Under the pieces are notes generated by a model that saw only the letters and a list, made by a program, of their open reading frames with translations, made no database searches and had not been told where the DNA came from. Made by a program: the position numbers and the translations under genes. Below, one piece after another: positions 49,301-57,700 of a stretch of 64,000 nt of DNA. Origin of the DNA: Caldisericia bacterium (GTDB taxonomy: Bacteria > Caldisericota > Caldisericia > JAAYUI01); the NCBI GenBank assembly GCA_963674785.1, contig OY771555.1:1504001-1568000 (forward strand), read 5' to 3'. The stretch's first letter is position 1. Each line of letters starts with the position of its first letter.

Positions 49301-51435
49301 CAATCAGTACTCCTGATGTGACTCCTGACCCAGTTGTAACAAGTGCTGAGGCGAAATACACAATCAAGTTCAAGGTTGGTGGTTCTGGTGCACTAAAGCT
49401 TGGAACAGGCCAGATCGTGCTTAAATTCCCGAATGATACCTATATCCCAGCAAGCATTCAGTCTGGACATATCACTGTAAACGGAAAGGTACTCACAAAG
49501 AGACCAAATGTTGATACAGTAGCGAGAAAAGTTGCAGTTTATGTGCCAACTCCAGTTCAAGCAGGGGAAGAGGTAACCGTTGAGTTCTCAAAAGATGCTG
49601 GACTCAAAAATCCAACTAAGTCCGGAAATTACACAGTTTGGGCAAGCACAACCTCTGAGTCAATTGAGGTTGAATCCAACTCATACGGAATCGGAGAGTC
49701 GACGGTCTCAAACGTTAGAGTCGAAAGCAGTTCACTTGATTCTGGTGATACTTGTGTTGATTATGAGATAACATTTAGAACCGGAAGTTTTGGTTCGTTG
49801 ACATCTGCATCCACAATCACTGTTTGGTTCCATCCAAACTATAAGATCGGATCAATCAGCAAAGAGAGAATCACTGTAAATGGGGCAACAATCAAAAATA
49901 CTCCAAAGATTCAAAATAGTCAGTACATCACTTTCGATGTTCCACAGTCTCTCAATGCGGGAACAGATGTGACAGTCAAAATCAAATGTTTGAATAATCC
50001 AACAACACCAGGTCAGTATGAATGCAAAGTCAAAACCTCATCTGAACCAACATTGATTCAATCTAACACATACAAAATCGGTGAATCGATGAGTACAAAC
50101 ATGACAATCTCACCTGCCTCACCAAATGGCGACAATGGTTGGTACAATACAAATCCATCCATCATGTTTGATTGCAATGTCAACTCTGCAACTACTTACT
50201 ACACACTTGATGGAGGAAATAGAAAGTCATGGGCTAGTGTTCCAATCAGACTCGAAGATGGTGTTCACACAGTCCAGTATTGGTCAGAAGCTGACGGATA
50301 TAACGAAGAACAGAAACAGACAGTTTCGAATATCAAAGTTGATACCACAAAACCAATCCTCACAATCAATGAACCACAAAATGGTATCACCGTTGGTTCT
50401 GCAAAACTTGATCTTTCAGGAACATTTGATGAAGAAAATATTCTTGAGATAACAGTCAGCAATAACGGATCAAGCTCAGTAACAAGAATGACCTTTGACA
50501 AAAACGCAAAAACTTGGCAGGGTTCAGTCATGCTTGTTAAGGGTACAAATGTTCTTGATGTAAAAGCATATGATGAAGCTGGAAATGTCAGCTTCACACC
50601 AATTCTGACAATCAAGTATGAACCGGGTTCAGGTGATGGCGAATGTGCTATGATAGTTGTCAGTCCAAAGGATAATCAGGAACCTGTCGGTGGTGTACTT
50701 TTGGTCAATGAAGATCAGGCCGGTTATCATCATCTCGAAATGGATCTCCTTGTTCAAGCAACGACAACTGCAACAAATCCAACGGTTGAGGTAAGTTCTG
50801 AGCATGACCCAGATAATTGGATTGAAGTTCCATATGATTCTGTCAAGAAGGAAGCAAAAGGAAACGTTCAACTCAAGGCTGTTGCTGGAAACAATAAGGT
50901 TACAATCAGGCTTAAGGATTCATCAGGCAATATTTGTGGAACACCTGTAAACAAGATTGTTCTTTGTAAGGTTCTCGTTCATTTTGTTAACCCAAAGGGA
51001 TTTGATTCAACTATTAATGGACAACCTAATCCAAATATGCCTCCAGAATGTGACCAACTATTGTTCAATGGTAAGCCAATTACAAATCTTGATTCATCTC
51101 CATACATTGATAACGCAGAGGGAAGAACTTATGCACCTCTAAGACTTGTTGCAAATCTGTTTGGCGGAGTTGTCGGATGGGATGACACAACAAAAATGGT
51201 AACTGTTGATTTCGAAGGTAAACAATTAGCTTATAAGTTGGGTGCATCTTCTGCGACATTAACAGATGCCGATGGAAATAAATCAACCATTCAAATGGAT
51301 TCTAGTGACCCTAATGTTTCAGCAAAAACTGTCGCTAACAGATCGTATGTCCCATTAAGGATGTTTGATACTGCATTTGGATGGAGAGTTGGATGGGATG
51401 GCGATACTAGAACCGTTTCATTTGAATACCCATGA
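37381..51435 (+). CDS. Giant (4684 aa) secreted surface protein with about 22 Ig-like GIxNP modules, nested insertions and a C-terminal copper amine oxidase N-terminal-like domain
   Basis: Signal peptide MKKLINIVLSLLMM; repeated Y.I.F..G..G.L...I.I.FP...AGI.NP...Y.L.V.TS...S..Y.I; PNGDNGWY; RTYAPLR and RSYVPLR motifs; AAGGAG SD; uninterrupted 14-kb ORF. Confidence 0.88.
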   Translation: MKKLINIVLSLLMMASLITVLPMASASAAVAGTLNITVDPAVCGEGAEIVLEFEQAPGTFSGFNVTFLGGELLPPTSTTSYNYYVTMTVQDNDLFTPYPVSQYIESITTSGNTLEMRLMNDYTVTGTNDEVKITINESFGIKLPPCPNCGPQNIQVEDVDAAGTPSGAIAISSYELMGKVTEIKVLSDPNTASSSTSSYYYGYGSTSSNTKFGVLFRRDSCGALDTNEYIQIKFPSSFGGYTTFPDGLLDSSKVRVWHDPVAPIFQDTVSHLDGAPYWVPSTSVPVLAVEADSTQRTITVYLDAGASIAADDYVSVIFDKDIGVSLPTTAGYQTIEVSTTEESYYATSPDFMVANQATVVARSNAAGAQDVEYNIEWSLPTGITLSGDAGDWIEIQFQDLENLNWPLSSNTPFAPGIGNYPPTVAFTNSSYSYYYSDVEYGSVVEPTAPTATLRIYLPLGYTITSGSKFTMTIDHPTLDNNVNPGRYRVMLKHNKDTSNTWSYSNYFALIDGVIFNSGYVIVEPPTVSKEAQYTILFEVGQELRPGQQIFIEFPQETSFTNYTSIPAGGVWLVWDTVTPTFGADDCDINYNTGTWVEGLPRPLELNPSISTTGTNRKVTLTLPGSPGDYVINDTGDNFVAIRFCLNAGIKNPMTAGIYNLEVSTTTQPESSLSAPYTISTSITNVEVTPTPNATCSNGVQYEVSFNTGANGGLDGSAGDYIDIDFRDLNKNPAPDYASILNTFESTQAVTEVSGYSSPPFASSMAYWTIGFRTGAALVAGDTIDLQFPPNVTVPGSINATDVFIFDATVAAPSIFDNDVLGAGVTNPSAVVVDGNRITLTTSAGYVIDQMIYIRFRRAAGIINPSAPGSAYTVKVATLQQPYFTPGFFAITEDFIPDYGAQVPTADPEWRTNTAPSPLTDVFCPTPIPNSASSPAQYIFSVRTHETCQFSGSTLTVQFPQGTYIPSSIDPSFIQLRTQADTAFLFAPDSACSTGTSTPASVTIDQTARTISFPLPAAFNATQFAHVLICRDAGIRNPPTVGVNYQLGITIQGTAGCSGGEVEVKATSEYFAITPAPIGGIIPPLHTINIGGGYYYYGYSSNHPSSVVAIGPQALRIYLPAGLKIQQTQSVTVTFTSASGLVNTCTEGGYIAKVRTSKETSWVDSTQYSIVDTVQFSCGTYPDVNPPSTSTEAQYDLSFTVGQTGGLEAGVDTITVAFPSSTTMNSFNMPAGSIYVSTLPITGGCPADSPAKVVTLPPTASGTAVTFTTPIHIGNSQTVYVRFCKSAGIKNPYQAGSYTLQVKTSKQPNYGISCRYAIGTAISDVQVEPIPASACNENTQYKLTFKQGSSGGLKGSNGDYIDIDFYHPDNPGTDMASISNIFTAINTPSPSSVTVSPYGYSYSYGNSYASAVEWVDTPQGKKLRVYVPADFTSSSSGQITVIFESGAGLDNTCFPAQYKVRVSTSLEQEEVDSSPYSIEDAPRQITVDVNPSTISEEAEYTIRFQVGANGGLTANSDTITIAFPSGTTVPYNSISAGSIWIAEASDFTSTGCPPTPVGGGSAVQVQLPPDISGQSVTFTTPMNISNNAQVVVRFCLNAGIKNPYTADAYRLQLKTSKQSAYGISEPYAITSAISDVKVSHTPNIINECDVEVEVEFKNANTSLSGDLGDYVDIQFQDFVKNPGPDYASISNNFSSSTSIANLTVHPLTQPFDATAVPWNTSRWDIDFMTGTGGALTTGDTIVLDFPANCSMTVASLTNRLFLSDEQWDEYSFYAGDNYINAGGVAKLAVPAAMITVVGTRVTITNPPVAAGGIDVGDGETVYIRVLQQGITNPSTAGDSYVLQGYTSTQPTSANSNYFGISSLRPTRAPVPIIDMNWVGPNPIHKLPPSIHTSTAGQSAQVDLMLELRSNFDSTLLPTPQLSVTFPTGFVVPSSISANDIWLSVATAPAGVGYPFLNCSNYMGTPFVDSTAPAGTFGPLDNTPTVSGNTVTFDVPAFFTAANAIPGAIVYIQFRQSAGIRNPTTNATNTYAIDVSGTDNAGVSGSCGSEYVPVTPLENPASATSINPSSITLGTSYSGSYTTGSVHPSKVVALGDKYLRIYLPLGFTFSANTTAKIKFEKSAGLCNTGTAGSYIAKVSTSKESTMIESAPYSIIAAVTGVNVMVVPPVINMYANYTIDFVDSSSGGLSKGTGTITIAFPTETGVLTSIAAGTVYVAKNVNFDNSICPPTHSGVFGTDYAPLEAPPVVSGKQVTLTVPINIDPGDHIYIRFCESAKIKNPATAAYYTLQVMTSAQPDFVVSNPYAIKSGLNLPEVEVIPNSISRSGSTARLAANATGTNVIELDTVSGWIAGDLILVGDVSHPFGAGAVFTSVTSVDTINNTLTLCDNVPATFTTGTEVYRSRTGIFTGATNDPAPGNNFVDVTAATRDLFPISSYVALIDLTGTNCPELFLVSSHMSATRLGLSRNIVADFPAPGNTRVELVQFHQPNDGCSGDTFAETKITFKTGSSGALLANRDKIYVALEYAPSVNDRGYHITGSSISSGSVMVNDTVCSVAPTIGITPVGGVYTPSPTPTFGSDYVTLEITVPEDISGGQEVVLRILPNSGIPNPYVAGSYTLAVWTSIEQSANESRTYEIVDGVAFDVNAVTVTPPSTSENASYVVDFYTCVSLTENYDTITITFPDDTVVPASIMPNHIFIDDDPVFDGTVSDATPHLQALAPIIVDSGERSITFTTPMSFSGNDNHVYVKFTYEAGLVNPSVADSYRLKVKTSKQPKDVESPYYEIRDTSSKAIVFPNPPTANRENVEYTITFTLSTAGNLTKDISWVKLQFPDNDIYGLGGGYSTVEALLPTSISPDNITVNGTRLTVIPTVDTVDRTLKLIVPETIEAGEEIVIVIQSGAGITNPVVGSYRMGIQTSVEPVYIDTEIYTIKSALGGTAGSLSPEICLSYDYSVLTANEAAAATPVLNVDSVRNWSVGDIAVIGDMTSTNMSNIFAARVDTIGAATNVLRFTVPLDFSVPLGTPVFRMKEIPTSATLTGPGAPVPAGSAFIRVTDPSPFTAGDVIVFGAGSGAEVVRITSINGTRLDVTPPLRSAHAVGAEVSIVACNVGLVNAEGYYMIHFITGATGNLNQAVSTITMIFPFDMYVPESIVASSISLSIDGINFTQCHDIDIDSENRKITLTVPTSVPSNHDAYIRITNKSGIRNPSVPGSVYRMQLATSSEPDFVDTRSFVIEGAGAPTVTVNPCTAGEVGAIHIIEFYITNSIPQGETITITFPADYMMPSVVRQENVKVNGTQVRAPLIGPTADNEIVITAPKDLPSSGKVTVEFLEEFKLKNPPTPGHYRLKIRTSIEPDNLDVDSNNYYICPEVQLSSLVLIPSSLSLGINQTGQVQAQAKDENGDNISYNVDYSWQTDIGVLSGITGDSVSLTAPGSAGSGILKCEAKYNGQTLSAQCAVTITPPLGSVVITPSTPKSLGFGVTQTYVATAKDTSGNTMTGAAFAWSVTGGIGSLSPISGNTTTLTTGSTATSGTVVCTASYGGDTKSTSATVSVQSSGGGGTDPGTDPGTDPTYIVSATVTPTTHTITSNLSALTFQITALDDLSGGQIRLSVPSGWSFPNSNNMSVSAPAGVVVGTPQYSSSILILPITTMPKGKAISVQYLAPNYPTSAGVHTFSVYANKNGEATQAAVRQPTVTLIDSGGGTTTNASGTGKCTVAPTIASSGALGAKFTFTFVAEVDMSDGEVQIYIPTDWTAPTMSPGAKGFIQIKNATGEVTLLQVLPGGIISLNLGTFLKHNQVSVEYTNVDVPAEEKTYTFNVKTAGVSGELKNIAVPPSVTLERTRVTAVTCTPKPNSAGGVASYQITFRTSDAGTLTKDQSLVVINFPSDTELPGSIAPSSITVQKVPLIAPPSINPTTRDIEFTVPTDVPPNTTVAVTFETTAGIINPTSPKNTYKITVKTSSDATPVPSSNYAIEASTISTPDVTPDPVVTSAEAKYTIKFKVGGSGALKLGTGQIVLKFPNDTYIPASIQSGHITVNGKVLTKRPNVDTVARKVAVYVPTPVQAGEEVTVEFSKDAGLKNPTKSGNYTVWASTTSESIEVESNSYGIGESTVSNVRVESSSLDSGDTCVDYEITFRTGSFGSLTSASTITVWFHPNYKIGSISKERITVNGATIKNTPKIQNSQYITFDVPQSLNAGTDVTVKIKCLNNPTTPGQYECKVKTSSEPTLIQSNTYKIGESMSTNMTISPASPNGDNGWYNTNPSIMFDCNVNSATTYYTLDGGNRKSWASVPIRLEDGVHTVQYWSEADGYNEEQKQTVSNIKVDTTKPILTINEPQNGITVGSAKLDLSGTFDEENILEITVSNNGSSSVTRMTFDKNAKTWQGSVMLVKGTNVLDVKAYDEAGNVSFTPILTIKYEPGSGDGECAMIVVSPKDNQEPVGGVLLVNEDQAGYHHLEMDLLVQATTTATNPTVEVSSEHDPDNWIEVPYDSVKKEAKGNVQLKAVAGNNKVTIRLKDSSGNICGTPVNKIVLCKVLVHFVNPKGFDSTINGQPNPNMPPECDQLLFNGKPITNLDSSPYIDNAEGRTYAPLRLVANLFGGVVGWDDTTKMVTVDFEGKQLAYKLGASSATLTDADGNKSTIQMDSSDPNVSAKTVANRSYVPLRMFDTAFGWRVGWDGDTRTVSFEYP
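48035..48085 (+). repeat. Gly/(GTDP)3 linker
   Basis: SGGGGTDPGTDPGTDPT. Confidence 0.8.
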
Positions 51436-51481
51436 GAAAAATAGGCAAAATGATGAATAGATTTGAGCCACAGAATAATAG

Positions 51482-51719
51482 TGACAAAAGGGAGAAAACC
51501 TCCCTTTTGTCAGGTAGATTTCAAATCAGAACAGAAGAAAGAGAAGACAGAGACTCCTGGGGAGAAATCCCCGGGGGTTACGAGCGAGAAATCTCATTTG
51601 TTATGGTAGCTGGTGATTCCAGCTACCCGAAGAATAAAGATTTATAGGATGATAGATTTATTTTGTGATTCAAACCTGTTATGTTTGAATAGGAAGACTG
51701 AAAAAAATCCTCAGTTTTC
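51482..51719 (+). ncRNA. Candidate structured RNA element (five consecutive hairpins) between the two giant genes
   Basis: Stems at 51482-51512, 51552-51579 (GAAA tetraloop, G-U pairs), 51605-51627, 51668-51690, 51693-51719. Confidence 0.45.
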
Positions 51720-51743
51720 ATTTTTCCTCACAAGGAGGCAGAT

Positions 51744-54700
51744 ATGAAGAAGGTATTATCCGTACTTATTGTCTTTTTGATGATTATAATTATGGTTCCG
51801 TTTCAACCGGTTGAAAATGTCCAGGCTTCAGGAAATGTTATTTCGTACGTATATCTGGCTGGAACTACAACCGAGGCGATAGCAATTGCCAGAACAGGCG
51901 GTAACCAGATTCAGTTTGTATATACGCTTGCTCAGGAAGCTATAGCACAGCAGCACGATGATACAGCAACTCTCAGTTGTATTGCACCGGAGGCAGATCG
52001 TCTGCATGGTGTAAAAATCGTTATTCCAAATTATTTCCCACTACCATCACTTGATGCAACTGCTGAGGGTTATATTGATTTTACAGGTGGTTCAATTACA
52101 CCAAGTCCTGTCAGAATCGATAACAGAACGGTCTACGCATATTTCCCGACTGGAAGTATTGGTGATACAATAGTTGTTACATATGGTAATGCTACCACTG
52201 GTATTGTGATGCCTGACCGACCAAATAGATACAGTTTTTCATTTGGTGCAAGGATTTCAACCACTGAATGTACATATTGTCCTGGAAACATGAAAGACTA
52301 TTCCTCCGCAACGACTGGATTTCAGACAGTTTCACCTACCCCTCAAGTATATGTTATGACAAACATGACTCCTGCAACCCTCACATTTGATCCAAACACA
52401 GAGCTTACTAATTCAGAACTTACCGTAAACTTTGTGCTTGGAGCAGGTGAAGATCGTTCACTTTTTGCCGGTGACATCATCAGAATGCAACTTGACTATG
52501 ATGCTGCAACTGCTGCCTTTGTTGTTGATGCTGGTGCGGGTCTTCTTCCGAGAACCACGCAGGTTCCACTTTCAATCAATAAGGATTATGTGAAAGTAAA
52601 TGGTTCAAAATGCTCGGTTAGTCCGACGGTAACCATGATGGGTTCAGGCAACTACCAGATTGATGTATTTATTCCGAGAGACATCAGATGTACAAACACA
52701 ACAGGACGAGCTGTCTCGATTGTCTTTGATAAATCAGCTGGGATCATCAATGGTGCCGGTGCACCATTTGAGAGAAATGCACTGATTCAAACTCTCAGGG
52801 GAAGCTTAGTTCATGTTGAACCAAATCCTGATGTGACAGACGGTGTTGTTGATGGATTCCTGACATCTACTGCTTACAGGATTGGGTCTCAGGTTACCTC
52901 TCCCGCAGTAACTGTCATTTCAAATCAGGTTGAAGAAAATGCAGTTTACTATATTGGTGCAATCTCAAACCCTGGTGCATCCCCTCCATATATTATTCCT
53001 GCCTGCGGAACCCAGGGGTCGCTTCAGATTGGTGGAAATGGAACTCTGCTTGCAAATGACGGAACAATTACTGTTCAGTTCCCAGCAGGAACTGAAGTTC
53101 CAAGTTCAATGTCTCCAGGTTCAATAACAGTTGAAAACATCACAACAGGCTCTGGTCCAAATGTTGTCAGTTCAGTCCCTCAGGTTTCAAGTAACAAAGT
53201 AACCATGAAAACACCTATAGATATTAATCCAGGTGATTGTATCATGATTACTTTCCTGAAAAGTGCGCATATTGTGAACCCATCTGTTGGAAAAGATGAT
53301 TATTATCTGAATGTCTGGACAAGTGCAGAACCAACAGTTATCTCATCCATGCTTTATTCAATTGTTAACCCTGGATGGGCTGTTGTAAACGTTTTACCTA
53401 ACATATCGTTTACAGATGGTGCTGGATTCCCACCAGGACAGTCAGGACTCGGTATCAATGAATGTTCAGAACATTACCAGCTCAATGACCCTGCTGGTAA
53501 CCCAACACAGGGAGCAAGATACACAATTCAATTCTCACTTACAGAGGACTCAACAGTTCCAGTTGGCGGTTTTATTGATTTGATTTTTGATCCTGCTTAT
53601 TCAGCACTTATTGGTCTTGTAAACCTTGCAAGCCCACAGTTTATAACTGTTAATGGTGTCTCTTGTACAGTTGCTGCGGTTACCTCTGTACCAAACAGAG
53701 CAATCAGAATAACAACTCCAGTTGTACTTAATCCAAGTACACAGGTTACAATCACACTTCAAGAAGGCTTCCAGCTTTATAACCCAGACCTCTATGATGA
53801 AACAGAATCGTTCAACATCAATATTGATTATCTACCACTTGGTGCTGTTGGTGCAGGTGGGTTTGATGTTATTTCTGAACCTTACATGCTCAAGTGTGAG
53901 GTAAGCAATGTCAATTACACTGTTGGTCAACAGGCTGTTCAGACAATAACAGACTGGTGGATTGATTTCTGTCTTGGTGATGTTGGCGATAACACATTCC
54001 TCGGAACATCAAATCTTCTTCCTGGTGATACCATTTCCATCATGTTCCCTGAAGGTTCATATGTTCCATCTGGAATAATTCCATCTGGTTCGATTCAGAT
54101 TATGGATATGTCTATCCCACCTGGCCCTCCATGGCCAACATATTCTGTAACAAGTGCATATTTTGATGAAAATGTTTTAATTTTAACAGTTCCATCTGGT
54201 GCAGCATTTACCGAAAACTCAACACTTCAGATATTTGTTCCTCAGAGTGTTGGAGTTAAAACCCCAGAGGATCCAACATGCATGTCAGTTGGTGTTCGAA
54301 CATCAAAAGAAACAACATGGGTACAGAGTAATCCAGTTTGTGTCGGAACAACTGTAAAAGATGTTGGTGTGATTGCCTCTCCAAACACATCTGAATCGAT
54401 CAATGAAAATTGTGCCCCTGCATCGTCAGAATACACAATTAGATTCAGAAATGGAAGCTATGGTGCGCTTTCTCCTGGTAACTTTATTTCACTTGCAATA
54501 CCTGCAAATCCTGTAAATGCTGGTACAAACTCAGTTGGGTTTGACATTGATATTGACGATGACTCAGCAATTGGTGCAGGTGATGATATTGCGATGGGCA
54601 ATATCCTTCTAAATGGTATTCCAAATACCACTGCTTTAACGTGGTATGACCGATTTGATGGATACTACTACATCAACATTCCTGTTCAGACTTATATTGC

Positions 54701-57700
54701 TGCTGGCTCACTCATTCAAATTATTATTCTCAATACTCAGGGAATAAGAAACCCAAGAATTGATAAAACCCCTTCACAGTATATGTTTGAGATGAGAACA
54801 ACAACTGAACCAGCTTGGGTAAAATCACTTCCATTTGATATTATCACAAAGATATGTATGGATTGCGAAGATTTTGAACACACTGTATCTTTTGCAGGAT
54901 ATTCAATAATCAATATGGATTCAGCAGAGGTTTGGGATATTGGTTTTAGTATTCCAAGTATTATTGCGGGTGTTCTTGGAGGACTTGTTGCTGGAACTGA
55001 TACTATCACAATAGAGTTCCCTGCTGATGTAAGTCTTCCATCATATATTGATCCAGTATCAGTTTTTGTTGGTCCTCCTGGAGGGTTATTACCATGTAGC
55101 AAGGTTGTAGTCAGTGGACAGAAACTCATCATTACGACGCCATATACATTTACAACTGGTGATAACGAGGTCAGGATACAAATTGCTGAAAATTCGGGAA
55201 TTCTAACCCCATCAACACCTGGAGACCACACTCTCAATATTTGGACATCTCAATTGACAACATCGGTTATTTCTTGTCCGTTTACTGTTCGCGCACGAGG
55301 AATGACACCAGCAATAGTTACTCCGTTAACATCGATTGCAGGTGCGCCAAATACTGAGTACACAATCAAATTCAATGTTGGTCAATATGGTGCCTTATCG
55401 ATTGGTGATACAATCACTCTAGCTTTCTTTGAAGACAACCTAGGAGCACCAATTGCAACTGACATCAACATTGATTTTGGTGGCTACTCAATTCCAGCAG
55501 ATTTTGTAAAGATTAATGGTGTGTCTTGTTCGCTTCCTATCGAGTATACCGAGGATATTGCAGACCCATATAATCTCACAATGATTATTAGGACTCCTAT
55601 TGCGATTCCACCAGGTGGTGAGGTTGAAATCGTTCTTTCGACAGACTGTAGAATAACAAACCCACCATATCCATCTTCACCAAGTACAAACGATGCTCCT
55701 CCTATTGTGGGTGAACCGGGTGAATATCTTGAAAGAGAAGACAGAGACTACTTTGTCGATATTTTCACAAACAAGGAAATTACACCGGTCAGGTCCCTTG
55801 AGTATGAAATAACTCCTGCAAATATCTGTACCAGACCTGTAACTATAAACGATCCTTGTATGACAAGTGCAACAGCTGATTATACAATTTCATTCTATAC
55901 ACATAGAGAGCTGACTCAGTCTGTTGATAGCATTTTCTTGAGATTCCCCGAGGGATTCTATTTGCCAAATAGAATAGCTCCAAATCTTATAAGGGTTAAC
56001 GGCTACCTTTGTACTGATCCACCAACAATTGATGACTATTACCTAACAATTCTCGTTCCCGAGACTATTCTTCAGTATGATAAGGTTACAATTGAATTTG
56101 ACTCATCGCTAGGTTTACAAAACCTTGATCGAGAGGGTCAACACTTGATGAGGGTTTCAACTAGACAGGGAGGGACACCTCCGCCAAATGCTTGGATAAG
56201 CGATTACTTTACGGTCTGTGAGAGAAGAGAAATCTGTCATCTTACGATTTCAACATCTGTTGGAAGGGTTCAGGAAGTAACCGTTCCACAGGGTGGAACA
56301 ATGGATTTCACAGCAAGTGCCTTTGATTGCACAAATGTCGCGATTAGTAAAGATGTCAAGTATTCATGGATGTTTGTCCCAGATTCAAGCTCATATTCAA
56401 TAATTGGTCACATTAGCCCACTTGAAGGAACCTATACTACATTCACAGCCGGAGAAATGGGAGATGGCACATTGTACTGTTATGCGACATACGGTAATAA
56501 AACCATCTCAAATTCCGTTAAGATAAAAATCTCAGGAGAAGCTTCGAGTTTGATTATATCTCCTGGTGGACCAATGACTCTCATAAAGGGTGATTGCTAT
56601 ACGTATTCAGCTCAACTTTATGATAACAATGTACCTCCTCATGCAATTACATCTGGTGTTACATACTCTTGGGAAGTTACAAATCCAAATGTTGCAACTG
56701 CCGCTCCTGAAAGCTCTCAAACGACACAACTATGCCCAACAGCATCTGGTGCCGGAGCAATTGTTTGTAAAGCTTACTATAATGGTAATGAGGTTGTTGC
56801 AAGATCAGACTTTACTGTTAAGGCCGGAATATATGCCCTTAGACCAATTCCGACAGATGATCTTGGTCAACTACGTGTTGGTCAGGTTTCAAACGAACTA
56901 ATGTTCGAACTTATGGATGAGTATGGTGCAGCAGCACTTGCGAAGGAAAGTTTCAAAGTAGTTGTTGAATCTACTTCGCCAACTTCAAGGTTTACAACCA
57001 ACAAAATTGATTGGACAACAACCAACAAGATTGAACTTGAAATTGTTCAAGGCTTTTCAAGAACTCAACCTTTCTATTTCTCAGATTCAGCGTTAGGTAA
57101 CGTATCCATCACCGCTTCCGCAACAGATATAGTTTCTGCGAATATGAGGGTTAGAATGATGGGGCCTACGTCCACAATCACGTTTACAAATCCATATCGT
57201 GTGACTTCTGCGAGTTCGCCGACTGATAAGATGACACTATCTCTTGTTGATGAATATGGAATGATTTCTCCTCCAAATTCTGATATTACTGTTCAAATGA
57301 CAGCACACTTGATTGTTAATGGTTCAATTTCATCTCAGGCTTCATCAACAGGCGAATTCTCATTGTCAGATGTAAGCTGGTCACCACTTCCAAGTGGTAT
57401 GTTAACCATGAAGTCTGGTCAACAGAGTATTGATTTTTACTACAAAGATAGCATGAAGGGTACATATGTTGTAAAGGCTACAACAATCTTTAATGGAACT
57501 GCCACCCAGACACTCGAAGTTACTGATGAAACCGGAGTCGAGGGAAATTTGATTGTTGAAGTGCAAAGACCAATTGCTGGGGTTGATTCAGATTATCTCA
57601 TCGAGTTTAGAACCGGGGGTGGTGGATCAATGAGTGCTGGCGTTGGACACATCTATTTACAATTCCCAGTCGGGACAACAATTCCCGGTTTTGCAAAATC

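Noticed and set aside
51432-51647. 71-aa ORF overlapping the giant gene stop
   Set aside because: No SD or recognisable motif, and it runs through three strong hairpins; better explained as non-coding structured RNA
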